A DNA stretch of 64,000 nucleotides from Methanobacteriota archaeon (GCA_043799545.1 JAZDNO010000014.1:1-64000); one strand, 5' to 3'. Shown: positions 19,189-29,298, counted from the first letter of the stretch. Made by a program: numbers and translations. The notes: generated by a model from the sequence alone, not told the origin.

Positions 19189-21327
19189 ATGGCAGAGGAA
19201 TATTCGAAGGACCAGCTGGCGACCAGGTGGGAGGAGTTCTTCTCCGAGACTGGCTACCTGCAGCACATCAAGCGCGTCGCAGACGCGTATCCGGCGGAGC
19301 GCAGCATCTACGTCAAGTATTCCGAACTGGACCATTTCGACTCGGACTTCGCAGCCCACCTTTTCAAGCGCCCGAGGACGATGCTCGCCGCTGGGGAGCG
19401 CAAGATGCGAGAGCTCGTTCCGCCCGGGGCCGAAGGCGTCGAAATCGTGCTCAGGGTCACGGAGCTGCCCAAGGACAGGCGTGTGGAGATTAGGGACATC
19501 AGGGCGAAGCACCTAGGCAAGTTCATTGCCGTCGAGGGCCTCGTGAAACGCGCGACGGAGGTCAGACCAAAATTCACCGTTGCGGTGTTCGAGTGCCTCC
19601 GTTGCGGCAGGCACATACCGATAGAGCAGGACGAGAACCTCCTCCGCGAACCGCTGGAATGCGTCAAGGACGGAAGCATGGACCAGTTCGGCAACAGCGG
19701 CTGCGGGCGGGTGAGCGGCTCGACGTCGTTCAAGCTCGTGCCAGAGTTTTCCACGTTTATCGATTCGCAGAAGATAGATTTGCAGGAGAAGCCTGAGGAG
19801 CTGCAGGGGGGGGCGTAGCCCCAGGCCCTCACTGGCACAGCCGAGGACGACCTCACAGGCAAGCTATTTCCGGGAAACAGGGTCTTCATCAACGGCATCC
19901 TGCGCAGCAAGCAGCGGGACACGGCCAGGCAGCGCACGACGCTCATGGACATCTTCCTCGAGGTCAACAGCATCGAGCAGATGGACCCCGAGCAGCAGGA
20001 GGTGGAGATACTTCCGGAGGACCTTGAGAAGATTCATAGCCTCGCGGCGGACCCAAGCATCTACGTTAAGCTCGTCCAGTCAATCAGCCCGACGATTTAC
20101 GGCCTTCCGATTGAGAAGGAATCGCTAGCTCTCCAGCTCTTCGGGGGCGTGGAGAAGGACATGCCGGACGGCACGCACATCCGCGGCGACATACACATAC
20201 TTCTGGTAGGAGACCCGGGGGTCGCAAAATCTCAGTTGCTGAGATACATATCCAAGCTCACGCCAAGAGGGATATACGCCTCCGGGAAATCGTCGTCCAG
20301 CGCTGGCTTGACAGCTGCGGCAGTAAAGGATGATTTCGGTGAGGGGAGGTGGACGCTGGAGGCGGGCGCGCTCGTTCTGGCGGACCGCGGAGTGGCCTGC
20401 ATCGACGAGCTGGACAAGATGACGGAGCAGGACCGCAGCTCGATGCACGAGGCAATGGAGCAGGGAACGATTTCTGTCGCAAAAGCGGGCATCACCGCCA
20501 CCCTGAGAGCCAGGTGCGCATTGCTGGGTGCGGCCAACCCCAAGCTGGGGCGGTTCCAGCAGACCGAGGGTTTTGGCCTGGCGGAACAGATAAACCTCCC
20601 GCCGACGCTCCTTTCGAGGTTCGACCTGATATTCACGATGTCCGACAAGCCGGACAAGGAGCGCGACGACCAGATTGCGGACCACATCATAAAATCCCAT
20701 CTGGTTGGAGAGCGAAAGAGGAGGGTCGAGGCCGGCGATGAATACGAGCATTCGAAGGAGCTGGACGAGATGAACCGGTCGATGCTCCCCACGATAGACC
20801 CGCAGCTCCTGCGCAAGTACGTCTACCACGCGAGGACCGTCCATCCGATAATGTCCGAGGACGCGATGAAGACGATAAAGGACTACTACCTCTCGGTCAG
20901 GAGCGGCTCCGGCAAGGACATGAAGGCCGTGCCGATAACCGCCAGGCAGCTCGAGGCGTGCATCCGCCTCTCGGAGGCCAGCGCCCGCGGGCGGTTGAGC
21001 AACGAGGTCACGGCCGACGATGCTGACCGCGCCATCAAGATATTCAAGGAGTTCATGAACCGGGTCATCGGGCTCGGCGGGGGCTCTTTCGACATTGACG
21101 TCATAGCCACGGGGATGCCGCGCTCGCAGGTCGACCAGATGAACCGCCTGCTGGCAATAATCCGCGACCTGGAGCCGGGGAACCGCCACGGCGCGCCCCT
21201 GGAGGAGATAAAGCGCCAGGCGGAGGAATCGGGGATACCGGTCGATCGCGTCGAATCCCTTCTGAAGCGAGGAAGCCGCGACATGGGGATTTACTCTCCC
21301 AGGGAAGGGTTCTGGAAGACTTTCTGA
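19189..21327 (+). CDS. mcm: Replicative helicase MCM, interrupted by one in-frame TAG at 19816-19818
   Basis: N-terminal part has EVRPK, a Zn finger (CLRCG...C...C) and IDSQKIDLQEKPEE. After the TAG the same frame continues PQALTGTAEDDLTGKLFPGNRV. It then contains Walker A GDPGVAKSQ, CIDELDKM, AANP and the arginine finger LLSRFD. Total 712 codons. Confidence 0.93.
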
Positions 21328-21328
21328 G

Positions 21329-21631
21329 GTGTTTGCAATCATACGAATAAAAGTCCACAAAGCGGAAGGCGCGGTTGTCGTCGCGGCCTGCGATTCGGAA
21401 CTCTGCGGCAAGGTGGTCAAGCAAGGCAAGCTGAAGCTCGACATTTGCGAATCGTTCTACGGCTCCGAGGATTTCGAGGAAGGCGTCCTGGCCAACTTCC
21501 TCGCCTTGTGCGGCTCCGCGAATCTTGTAGGCGGGAGGGCGGTTGCCGCGGCCGTGAGCGCAGGCTTCGTGGACGGGGAGTGCGTCATGGTCATTGGTGG
21601 CGTCCCGCACGCCCAGTTTTATAGGGTGTGA
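21329..21631 (+). CDS. DUF424 family protein
   Basis: VVAACDSELCGK, ESFYG, ANLVG, IGGVPHAQ. Confidence 0.9.
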   Translation: MFAIIRIKVHKAEGAVVVAACDSELCGKVVKQGKLKLDICESFYGSEDFEEGVLANFLALCGSANLVGGRAVAAAVSAGFVDGECVMVIGGVPHAQFYRV

Positions 21632-21634
21632 CCG

Positions 21635-22645
21635 ATGAACTGCGTCGAGTGCGGGGCGGACACGGAGCCAGGACCGCTGTGCCAGAAATGCCAGCTGGAA
21701 AAGAGGAAGCGCCCCGTGATTCCCGAGTTCGTTGACCTCACTGTCTGCGGGGGATGCGGCGCAACCCTTTCTGGAGGTACGTGGAGAGAGGTCGAACTCG
21801 AGGACGCCGCGGCGGCAGTAATCGCCACGGGGCTGGAGAAGAAGGTCGACCTCGCCGGAGTGAAGGTCGAGCTGGAGGAGGAGGCCAGCAACATCTACTT
21901 CGCCAAGGTGCTGGTCCGCAGCCGAGCCGGCGGAGCCGTTCAGCGTGACGAGCTCTCGTGCAGGCTGAGGCTTCAGGTCGGCACATGCGAAACGTGCGGA
22001 AGGCTCTCCGGCAACTACTTCGAGTGCATCATCCAGATAAGGGCGGACGGGCGCCTGCCAAGCGAGGACGAAGTGGAGGAGTGCCGCTCTTATGTGGAGA
22101 AACGGATAGACGCCGCCCGCTCCGGCGACCGCACCGTTTTCTTGAGCAAGGCCGAGGAGGTTAAGGGCGGTTTGGATATGTACCTCAGCTCCAACCAGCT
22201 CGGCCAGGGGATAGCGCGGGACTTGGCCGACAGGCGCGGGGCGCAGTACTCGGCTTCGAACGAGCTGTTCGGCCAGAAGGACGGGCGGGAGATATTCCGC
22301 ATGACTTTCCTGGTGCGCCTGCCGTCGTACTGGCAGGGTTCATTTGCAGTGCTTGGCGAGAGAATCGTGCAGGTCCACAACATCGGGCCCAAGCGCACCG
22401 CGCTGCGCTACCTGGACACGTGGGAGGATGTGAGTCTCACGAACAAGGACCTCGCGGGCACCCGGGTTCTTGGAGGAGGCGAGATGGTGCGGGAGGCGGT
22501 GGTGCTAGCCGAGACGGAAACGGAGGTCCAGCTCCTCGACCCCGACACGAACAAGGTCGTGGACGTGGTGAAGCCGCGCGGGTGGAGGCTCCAAGGGGAG
22601 GCGGCGAAGTTCGTGAGGCACGACGAGGGTTTCTATCTGGTATAA
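21635..22645 (+). CDS. NMD3-related ribosome export/maturation protein
   Basis: CVECG...LCQKC...CGGCG...TCETCGRLSGNYFECIIQIRA, LFGQKDGREIFRMTFLVRLP. Confidence 0.9.
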   Translation: MNCVECGADTEPGPLCQKCQLEKRKRPVIPEFVDLTVCGGCGATLSGGTWREVELEDAAAAVIATGLEKKVDLAGVKVELEEEASNIYFAKVLVRSRAGGAVQRDELSCRLRLQVGTCETCGRLSGNYFECIIQIRADGRLPSEDEVEECRSYVEKRIDAARSGDRTVFLSKAEEVKGGLDMYLSSNQLGQGIARDLADRRGAQYSASNELFGQKDGREIFRMTFLVRLPSYWQGSFAVLGERIVQVHNIGPKRTALRYLDTWEDVSLTNKDLAGTRVLGGGEMVREAVVLAETETEVQLLDPDTNKVVDVVKPRGWRLQGEAAKFVRHDEGFYLV

Positions 22646-22707
22646 AGTCTCAAAGTTTATTATCATCACGCAAATAATTTTATATTTGATACCTTATCCG
22701 AACTAAC

Positions 22708-25347
22708 ATGAAGATTAAGAAAATTCGTATTCAGAATTTCCGTTCAATCATAGATACTGGTGATGTCAACATTGAAGGTCAAATAACGACAATTTTAGGT
22801 AAAAATGAGCAGGGAAAAACAAATTTTTTAAGAGCAATAGAGTCATTTCGGAACGATTATTCATATACTGAAGAAGATTTGTGTTACCTAACAACCCATA
22901 GCGATGATAATGAAAAAATACCGATAGTAACGATATTTATTGAGCCGAATGTCGATCTGAAAAAATTACTGCAAAAATATGGAGACACAAAAGGGCAGCC
23001 AAATATTTATGGTATTACTAAATATTACGATAACCATTATACATTCGAACCAGATTCATTAAAACACATAGTCGAATTAATAAAAATAGAGGATAAACCT
23101 GAACCTGAAACATTAATTGGTAAAATATTGACTGCAGATGAGATTGAGAAAAACATTGAGTGGTTGGTGAGCCTTCAGAATGTTGATGGTGGTTTTTGTT
23201 TAATGCCAGGGCAACAATCACAATTACTTCAGACCTATGAAGTAGTTCAATCATTAATTGAACTCGGTGGTTTGAGTAGAATTCATAAACCTAAACTTAT
23301 AAAATATATAATTAATACTCAATCCGGCACTGGTGGATTTGGTAGTGCGCCAAACCAACCATCGCAAATTAGCACGACTTATTATGCGATTAGTTTGTTA
23401 AAAATGTTAAATGAGTTAAGCAGAGTTAATAAAACAAAACACATTAATTGGATTATTGAAAATAAAACACCAGATAATGGTTATTCAAACCAACCAAAGC
23501 AACCATCGAACTTAAATTCAACATATCAAGCAATTGCGTCTTTAAAACAACTTAATGCGATTAATAGAGTGAATAAAACGGAGATATTAACTTATATAAA
23601 ATCAACCCAACACGCAAATGGCGGTTTTAGTCCTATAAAAGGGCAACCACCACAAATGGAATTTACTTATGCAGGCATCAGAATATATAAAATGATGATG
23701 GCAATAAATAATGTCGACGTCGATATTCAAATAAATTGGATAAAGGAATTGCAGACTCCTGACGGTGGCTTCGGCAATACCCCGAATTCGCCTTCAACGA
23801 TAGGGAGCACGTTTCAAGCGATTTCAACTATACATGAATTAAATGGCGATTTATCGCTAAAATATAATAGTCTTGAAAAATATATATTGTCATTAAAAAG
23901 TGAAGATGGAGGATTCAGTTCAATTTTAAATCAACCAGTTAATGCCGAGTCGACATTTTTTGGAGTACATTTGGTAAAAGCGTATGGTAAACATACGGGT
24001 ATTTCTGATATAATGCATACTATCTTGAATAATCTCCCACCGATTATCTATTTTTCCGATATCAACCTATTAAATGATAAAATTGATATTAACGAGTATC
24101 TAGAAAACAGTGTAGAGAATTCGACTTTTACGAATTTATTTAATCTTTCAAATTTGAATTTAGAATATTTACAATCAATCGAAGATCCTCACAATCGAAA
24201 GCGGTTATTTCGGTCAGCGTCAACAACAATTACTGGGTTAGTAAACGATTCATGGAAACAAGAAAAAGTCAATGTTAATTTAGATATTGATGGTGATGAA
24301 ATATTAATTTACATAGAAGATGACGCTGGTGCTAAGGCAGATCCACCTAGTAGGAGAAGTGACGGATTCAGATGGTTCTTATCGTTTTATATAAATTTTA
24401 TCGCTGGAACAAAGGGCGAATTAAAGAACGCTATTTTATTACTTGATAACCTGGGTTGGGTGCTTCATCCTTCTGGTCAAAGCGATTTACTAACAACGCT
24501 AGAGAAGATATCTCTGAATAATCAAGTAGTCATAGCTACCCATTCACCATTTCTAATCAATAAAGATAAATTAGAGCAAATCCGGATTGTTGAGCGTAGA
24601 AAGAATGATGGTACAAAAATATTTGACAAATACTGGCACTCAATTTACGACTCTTTAGCAATTATTAGAGGTTCCATTGGTGCAGATATTGCCCATTCAT
24701 TGTTTGGTTGTAAGAATAATGTAGTAATGGAAGGATATTCAGATGTGCTATATCTTGAAGCTATTTTAGAATATAACGAAAAAAAGGATCCGAAAGATAA
24801 ATTTAAAGAATCAATATTTTTAATAGGTGCCGGTGGCGCTGATAAAATTCCAATATTCTTGACCTTACTTAAAGCAGAAAAGTACAAATGTATTGGTATA
24901 GTTGACAATGACACCGAAGGTAATAAGGTTGTATCAGAAATAAAGCATTCGAATACAGAAATTGATGTGGACAAAGATATTTTAAAATTGAATGAAATTG
25001 ATGAGCAAAGAAAAGGAATTAGCTGTGCAATTGAGGATTTGATAGATGAAAAGCTATTTTTAGATATAGTAAATAAAGCTTATGATGAATTGTTTATAGC
25101 AAAGAATATTCACCCATTGAATCAAGGAGATATTAACACTGATGGATTACTAGTAAAAAAATATATAAAAGTTTTTGAGAAGAAAAACATTGGTGCATTT
25201 GATAAAATATTGGTAGCTAAAAAATTTAAAGAATTAATTTTAAACGATCAAATATCGGAAAAAGATTTAAAAGGTACAATAACGCGTTTTAATTCATTAA
25301 TTAAAGTTCTAAAAATCAAGTATAAAAAACTTGGAGTCGATTTGTAG
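22708..25347 (+). CDS. OLD-family ABC-ATPase + TOPRIM nuclease with an inserted prenyltransferase-like alpha/alpha repeat domain
   Basis: IQNFRSI, Walker A GKNEQGKT, signature SDGFRW, Walker B variant LLLDNLG-LHP and H-loop ATHSPF. TOPRIM motifs MEGYSD, GAGG and IVDND. Six 48-aa repeats lie between Walker A and the signature. Confidence 0.88.
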   Translation: MKIKKIRIQNFRSIIDTGDVNIEGQITTILGKNEQGKTNFLRAIESFRNDYSYTEEDLCYLTTHSDDNEKIPIVTIFIEPNVDLKKLLQKYGDTKGQPNIYGITKYYDNHYTFEPDSLKHIVELIKIEDKPEPETLIGKILTADEIEKNIEWLVSLQNVDGGFCLMPGQQSQLLQTYEVVQSLIELGGLSRIHKPKLIKYIINTQSGTGGFGSAPNQPSQISTTYYAISLLKMLNELSRVNKTKHINWIIENKTPDNGYSNQPKQPSNLNSTYQAIASLKQLNAINRVNKTEILTYIKSTQHANGGFSPIKGQPPQMEFTYAGIRIYKMMMAINNVDVDIQINWIKELQTPDGGFGNTPNSPSTIGSTFQAISTIHELNGDLSLKYNSLEKYILSLKSEDGGFSSILNQPVNAESTFFGVHLVKAYGKHTGISDIMHTILNNLPPIIYFSDINLLNDKIDINEYLENSVENSTFTNLFNLSNLNLEYLQSIEDPHNRKRLFRSASTTITGLVNDSWKQEKVNVNLDIDGDEILIYIEDDAGAKADPPSRRSDGFRWFLSFYINFIAGTKGELKNAILLLDNLGWVLHPSGQSDLLTTLEKISLNNQVVIATHSPFLINKDKLEQIRIVERRKNDGTKIFDKYWHSIYDSLAIIRGSIGADIAHSLFGCKNNVVMEGYSDVLYLEAILEYNEKKDPKDKFKESIFLIGAGGADKIPIFLTLLKAEKYKCIGIVDNDTEGNKVVSEIKHSNTEIDVDKDILKLNEIDEQRKGISCAIEDLIDEKLFLDIVNKAYDELFIAKNIHPLNQGDINTDGLLVKKYIKVFEKKNIGAFDKILVAKKFKELILNDQISEKDLKGTITRFNSLIKVLKIKYKKLGVDL
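23143..23990 (+). repeat. Six tandem 48-aa prenyltransferase/squalene-cyclase (PFTB-like) repeats inside the OLD gene
   Basis: WLVSLQNVDGGF, YIINTQSGTGGF, WIIENKTPDNGY, YIKSTQHANGGF, WIKELQTPDGGF and YILSLKSEDGGF start at 23161, 23305, 23449, 23593, 23737 and 23881 (exact 144-nt period). Confidence 0.92.
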
Positions 25348-25348
25348 T

Positions 25349-26455
25349 CTACCCTTTCCTCGTCACCAGCGTCAGCACGTCCTGGTCCATCAGCACGTGG
25401 TTCAGCCCGACCGTCTGCCCCGGGAACTTCGAGCTGGGGCCCCAGACGTTGGCGTAGCGGAACTTGCGCTTGAAGTCGCGGTGCAGCGTGTCGCATATCA
25501 TCCCGACTGTCGAGCCTTCCTTCACAACCAGGGGGTCTTTCATGTCCGCGTCCCTGCCCTGCGGCTTCATGTAGATGCTCATGAACTTGAGCCTCTGGAA
25601 CAATTCTTCCTTGAGCTCCTCGAGGCCGATGTCCTTGTCCGCGGAGATGGGAATCACATGCCACTTGGACAAGCGCTTCTCCAGGTGGTCCAGATACTCG
25701 GCGCCCACGAGGTCGACCTTGTTGATGGCGACCAGCGCCGGCAGGTATATCCTGTTCCCCGCCAGATAATCTATCAGCTCCTCCTCGCTTATGTCCTGGC
25801 GGAATACGACGTCGGCGCTCACGAGGTTGAACTCGTTGAGGATGGCTTTGGCTCCGTCCTCGTCGAGCTTCGTCAGCTTCACCGTGCTGTTGACGGTTAT
25901 CCCGCCACGGTCCTTCTTGGCGATGGCAATGTCCGGTGGCCTGGTGTTCAACCGTACGCCGACCTGATATAGCTCCTCCACGAGGACGTCGATGTTCGTC
26001 TCGAAGACGTCCCCCATGAGCAGGACCATGTCCAGCGAGCGCACGACAGACAAAACTTCCCGTCCCCGGCCCTTGCCCTTCGACGCGCCTTTGATGAGCC
26101 CTGGCAAGTCCAATATCTGTATCTTCGCCCCCCGGTACTCCATGAGCCCCGGCACCACGGTCAGGGTCGTGAACTGGTAAGCGGCGACCTCGCTCTTCGC
26201 GTCCGTGATGTGGTTCAAGAGGGTGCTCTTGCCCACGCTCGGAAAGCCGACGAGTCCGATGGAGGCGTTGCCCGTCTTCTTCACTCCGTAGGAGAGCCCA
26301 GTGGAGCCACCGCTGGTCTTCCGCTTTTCGGCCAGGTCCTTCAGGCGCGAAATCTTTGCCTTAAGGAGGCCGAGGTGGTGGGAAGTTGCCTTGTTCTTCT
26401 GCGTGTTGAGGATTTCCTCCTCAATCGCCTTTATCTGCTCCTCGGGAGTCGGCAT
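25349..26455 (-). CDS. DRG/OBG-family GTPase with TGS domain
   Basis: MPTPEEQIKAIEEE, KNKATSHHLG, GFPSVGKST, YQFTTLT, DLPGLI, NKVD. True start at 26455. Confidence 0.96.
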   Translation of the reverse strand: MPTPEEQIKAIEEEILNTQKNKATSHHLGLLKAKISRLKDLAEKRKTSGGSTGLSYGVKKTGNASIGLVGFPSVGKSTLLNHITDAKSEVAAYQFTTLTVVPGLMEYRGAKIQILDLPGLIKGASKGKGRGREVLSVVRSLDMVLLMGDVFETNIDVLVEELYQVGVRLNTRPPDIAIAKKDRGGITVNSTVKLTKLDEDGAKAILNEFNLVSADVVFRQDISEEELIDYLAGNRIYLPALVAINKVDLVGAEYLDHLEKRLSKWHVIPISADKDIGLEELKEELFQRLKFMSIYMKPQGRDADMKDPLVVKEGSTVGMICDTLHRDFKRKFRYANVWGPSSKFPGQTVGLNHVLMDQDVLTLVTRKG

Positions 26456-26558
26456 CCAAGCGCCCTTAGACGGTCGGTACGTTATCAATTTTGCTGTCCC
26501 CCGAGCGGCGTCACCTTTATTTATCGCATCCACATGCCATCGTTGCCAGGCGTCTGAA

Positions 26559-27848
26559 ATGCCGTTCACCAAAGTGATAAAGGACAGTCTCGCGGAGAGC
26601 CACGTCATAGCTGACATGCGAGACTCGCTGAGGCACTTCAGGAACCAGCAAGCCGATGCCAAACAGCTCATACTGGCCTCCCTCATTTCGGGCTTCGGGA
26701 GCGTGCTGTCGGGTTTCATCCTCGTCCTTTACGTGAATCAGTTCGCAGGGGGAACAGTGGCCTTCGGCTCGATAATGCTCGTGAGCGGCGTTGCCAACAT
26801 AATGGTGCTGATGTTCAGCGGGCTGCTGGGCGACTGGGTGGGGCACAAGCCGGTGCTGCTTCTCGCGGGCGTCCTGGCGATTTGCGGGACCGCCCTCTAC
26901 GCATCGTTCACCTCTCTTCAGATTTTCTTCGCCGCGGCCGCGCTGGGCGGAGCGAGCGGCGGCCTGGCGGGTCCGGCGACGAATGCGCTCCTGGCCGAGA
27001 AGAGCTCCACGAGCGAATCGAAGTACGTCTTCAGCTATGCATCGTTCGTCGGAACGCTGGCGGGGGCGGCCGGGAACCTGATAGGGGGCATGATTCCCAT
27101 GATATTCAGCAGGTTCATGGACTTCGGGCCGGTGCGGAACTATCAGATGGTGTTCTACTTCGCCGTCGTCTTCCAGGCAATCGGATGGCTATTGCTCCTG
27201 CGCGTCCCCGAGGAACCGCACTGCCACGTGGCCAGGGCCGTGACGAGCGGGGAGCGGAAGAGCGCGTGGCGTTGGATAGCGATGTTCGCTTTGCCGCAGG
27301 CCGTGATTGGATTCGGCGCCGGGTTCGTGATACCCTATTTTCAGGTTTTCTTCGAGCTGCGGTTCGGAGTGTCTGTCGAGGTGATAGCCGTGGCTTTCAT
27401 GTTCAATTCGCTGGTGATGGCCGCAGCGCTCCTGCTCATCCCCAAGGCCGCCGAGCGCCTGGGCAGCATGCACGCCACCATGGCCACGCAAATAGGGGCG
27501 ATTGTGCTCCTCGTAATCATCCCCTTCGTTCCGCCCCCTCACTACTGGCTATGCGTCGTCCTGTTCATCGCCAGGATGGTGCTGATGAACGTGTCCGGTC
27601 CGATAATCACGGCCTACATGATGCAGAAGGTCCCGACGCACGCGCGCGGCACAGCCACGAGCATGACGATGATAGCCTGGATTTCATCCAATTCCCTCGG
27701 GATGTTCTTCGGAGGCTTCATGTGGAACGGCGCCAGCGCTGGGTACGTCCCCCAGTTCATCATCTGCACATCCCTTTACATAGCGGCGACGTGCCTCTAC
27801 GCCAGCTTCTTCCTGAAGGCGGATGACAAGGCGCCGGCTGCCAGTTAA
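26559..27848 (+). CDS. MFS transporter
   Basis: About 12 TM segments, motif A-like GLLGDWVGHK and PKAAERLG. The start was set after the DRG gene. Confidence 0.9.
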   Translation: MPFTKVIKDSLAESHVIADMRDSLRHFRNQQADAKQLILASLISGFGSVLSGFILVLYVNQFAGGTVAFGSIMLVSGVANIMVLMFSGLLGDWVGHKPVLLLAGVLAICGTALYASFTSLQIFFAAAALGGASGGLAGPATNALLAEKSSTSESKYVFSYASFVGTLAGAAGNLIGGMIPMIFSRFMDFGPVRNYQMVFYFAVVFQAIGWLLLLRVPEEPHCHVARAVTSGERKSAWRWIAMFALPQAVIGFGAGFVIPYFQVFFELRFGVSVEVIAVAFMFNSLVMAAALLLIPKAAERLGSMHATMATQIGAIVLLVIIPFVPPPHYWLCVVLFIARMVLMNVSGPIITAYMMQKVPTHARGTATSMTMIAWISSNSLGMFFGGFMWNGASAGYVPQFIICTSLYIAATCLYASFFLKADDKAPAAS

Positions 27849-27905
27849 TTATACATAAAGCTTATAATCCCCCCAACGTTAAGGGGCTTTCCCGCGAGGA
27901 TTCAC

Positions 27906-28088
27906 ATGGCTGAAAAGATGAAGTACACGAGGTTCGAGAAGGCGCGCATCATAGGCGCCAGGGCGCTCCAGATAAGCATGGGGGCACCCGTTCTTATAGA
28001 GCTTGCGATAGAGATGATAGACCCTGTCAACATCGCGATGTACGAGTACCAAGAGGACGCCATCCCCATAACGGTCCGGAGGGATTAG
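27906..28088 (+). CDS. rpoK: RNA polymerase subunit K (Rpo6)
   Basis: [22 protein letters not shown]. Confidence 0.97.
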   Translation: MAEKMKYTRFEKARIIGARALQISMGAPVLIELAIEMIDPVNIAMYEYQEDAIPITVRRD

Positions 28089-28094
28089 GCCGGG

Positions 28095-29294
28095 ATGTCG
28101 ATAATAAATTACGCTGCAATAAGGAAGATACTGGACAGCAGGGGCCGTCCGACGGTCGAGGTGGAGCTCGCGACAGAATCCGGCTTCGGCAAGGCCGCCG
28201 CGCCGTCGGGGGCGAGCACAGGCAAGTACGAGGTATGCGCCTTTCCGAAGAAGGGCGTTGACGAGGCGATTCTCACTTTCGAAAAGGACGTAGCGCCCGA
28301 GATACTGGGTATGGACTCGGAGGACCAGCGCGGGTTCGACGAGGCGCTGATGGACATCGACGGCACAAAGAACTTTTCCAAGATTGGCGGCAATGTTGCG
28401 GTCGCCGCATCGCTGGCCTGCGCAAAGGCGTCGGCGGACGAGCTAGGCATACCGCTTTTCAGATACGTCGGCGGTTCGCTGGTGTGCGACCTTCCGGTCC
28501 CGGCCGGCAACGTGATTGGCGGTGGGGCCCACGCGGTCGGAGGAACGAACATCCAGGAGTTCCTGGTGCTCTCGCTTTCGGACACTTTCTCCCAGGCGGC
28601 TTTCGGCAACGCTACGACGCACGCCGAGGTCAAGGCCCGTCTCTCGAAGCTCTGCCCGGGCGCGCTCGGCAAGGGCGACGAAGGCGCATGGGTGGCCCAG
28701 ATTGGCGACGAGCAGGCGCTCAAGGTCATCAACGACGCGTGTAAAAAGGTCGGCGGCGACTTGGGATTCGACATCCGCCCCGGCATGGATGTAGCGGCCT
28801 CCGAGTTATTCTCCAAGGGCAAGTACCATTACGGCAAGAAGGTCCTCAGCGTCAAGCAGCAGATTGAATTCATGGCCTCTTTGGTCGAGAAGTACGAGGT
28901 AATCTACCTGGAGGACCCTCTGGAGCAGGAGGGCTTCGAGTCTTGGGCCGAGCTCACGGACCTGGTCAGCGAGAACTGCCTCGTCATAGGCGACGACATC
29001 TTCGTCACCAACACCGAGCGCATAGAGAGGGGCATCGAGATGGGGGCTGCCAACGCAGTGCTCATCAAGCCCAACCAGATAGGCACCCTGACGGGAACGA
29101 TAGAGGCTGTGAAGATGGCCCACCTCGCAGGCTACGAGACGATAGTTTCGCACCGCAGCGGCGAGACCACCGACTCGACAATCGCTCATCTGGCCGTTGC
29201 ATTCTGCTCCTTCGGCATAAAGACCGGGACCGTCGGCGGGGAGCGAATAGCCAAGCTCAACGAGCTCATCAGAATCGAAGAGATGTTGGAGTGA
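28095..29294 (+). CDS. eno: Enolase
   Basis: ILDSRGRPTVE, PSGASTG, GDEGA, GDDIFVTN, LIKPNQIGT, SHRSGET. Confidence 0.97.
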   Translation: MSIINYAAIRKILDSRGRPTVEVELATESGFGKAAAPSGASTGKYEVCAFPKKGVDEAILTFEKDVAPEILGMDSEDQRGFDEALMDIDGTKNFSKIGGNVAVAASLACAKASADELGIPLFRYVGGSLVCDLPVPAGNVIGGGAHAVGGTNIQEFLVLSLSDTFSQAAFGNATTHAEVKARLSKLCPGALGKGDEGAWVAQIGDEQALKVINDACKKVGGDLGFDIRPGMDVAASELFSKGKYHYGKKVLSVKQQIEFMASLVEKYEVIYLEDPLEQEGFESWAELTDLVSENCLVIGDDIFVTNTERIERGIEMGAANAVLIKPNQIGTLTGTIEAVKMAHLAGYETIVSHRSGETTDSTIAHLAVAFCSFGIKTGTVGGERIAKLNELIRIEEMLE

Positions 29295-29298
29295 TTAA

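Noticed and set aside
19160-19190. TTCCATTCCAAAGGGGG upstream of mcm resembles an origin recognition box.
   Set aside because: It is a single poor match that doubles as the mcm RBS. No cdc6/orc1 gene or ORB array is nearby.
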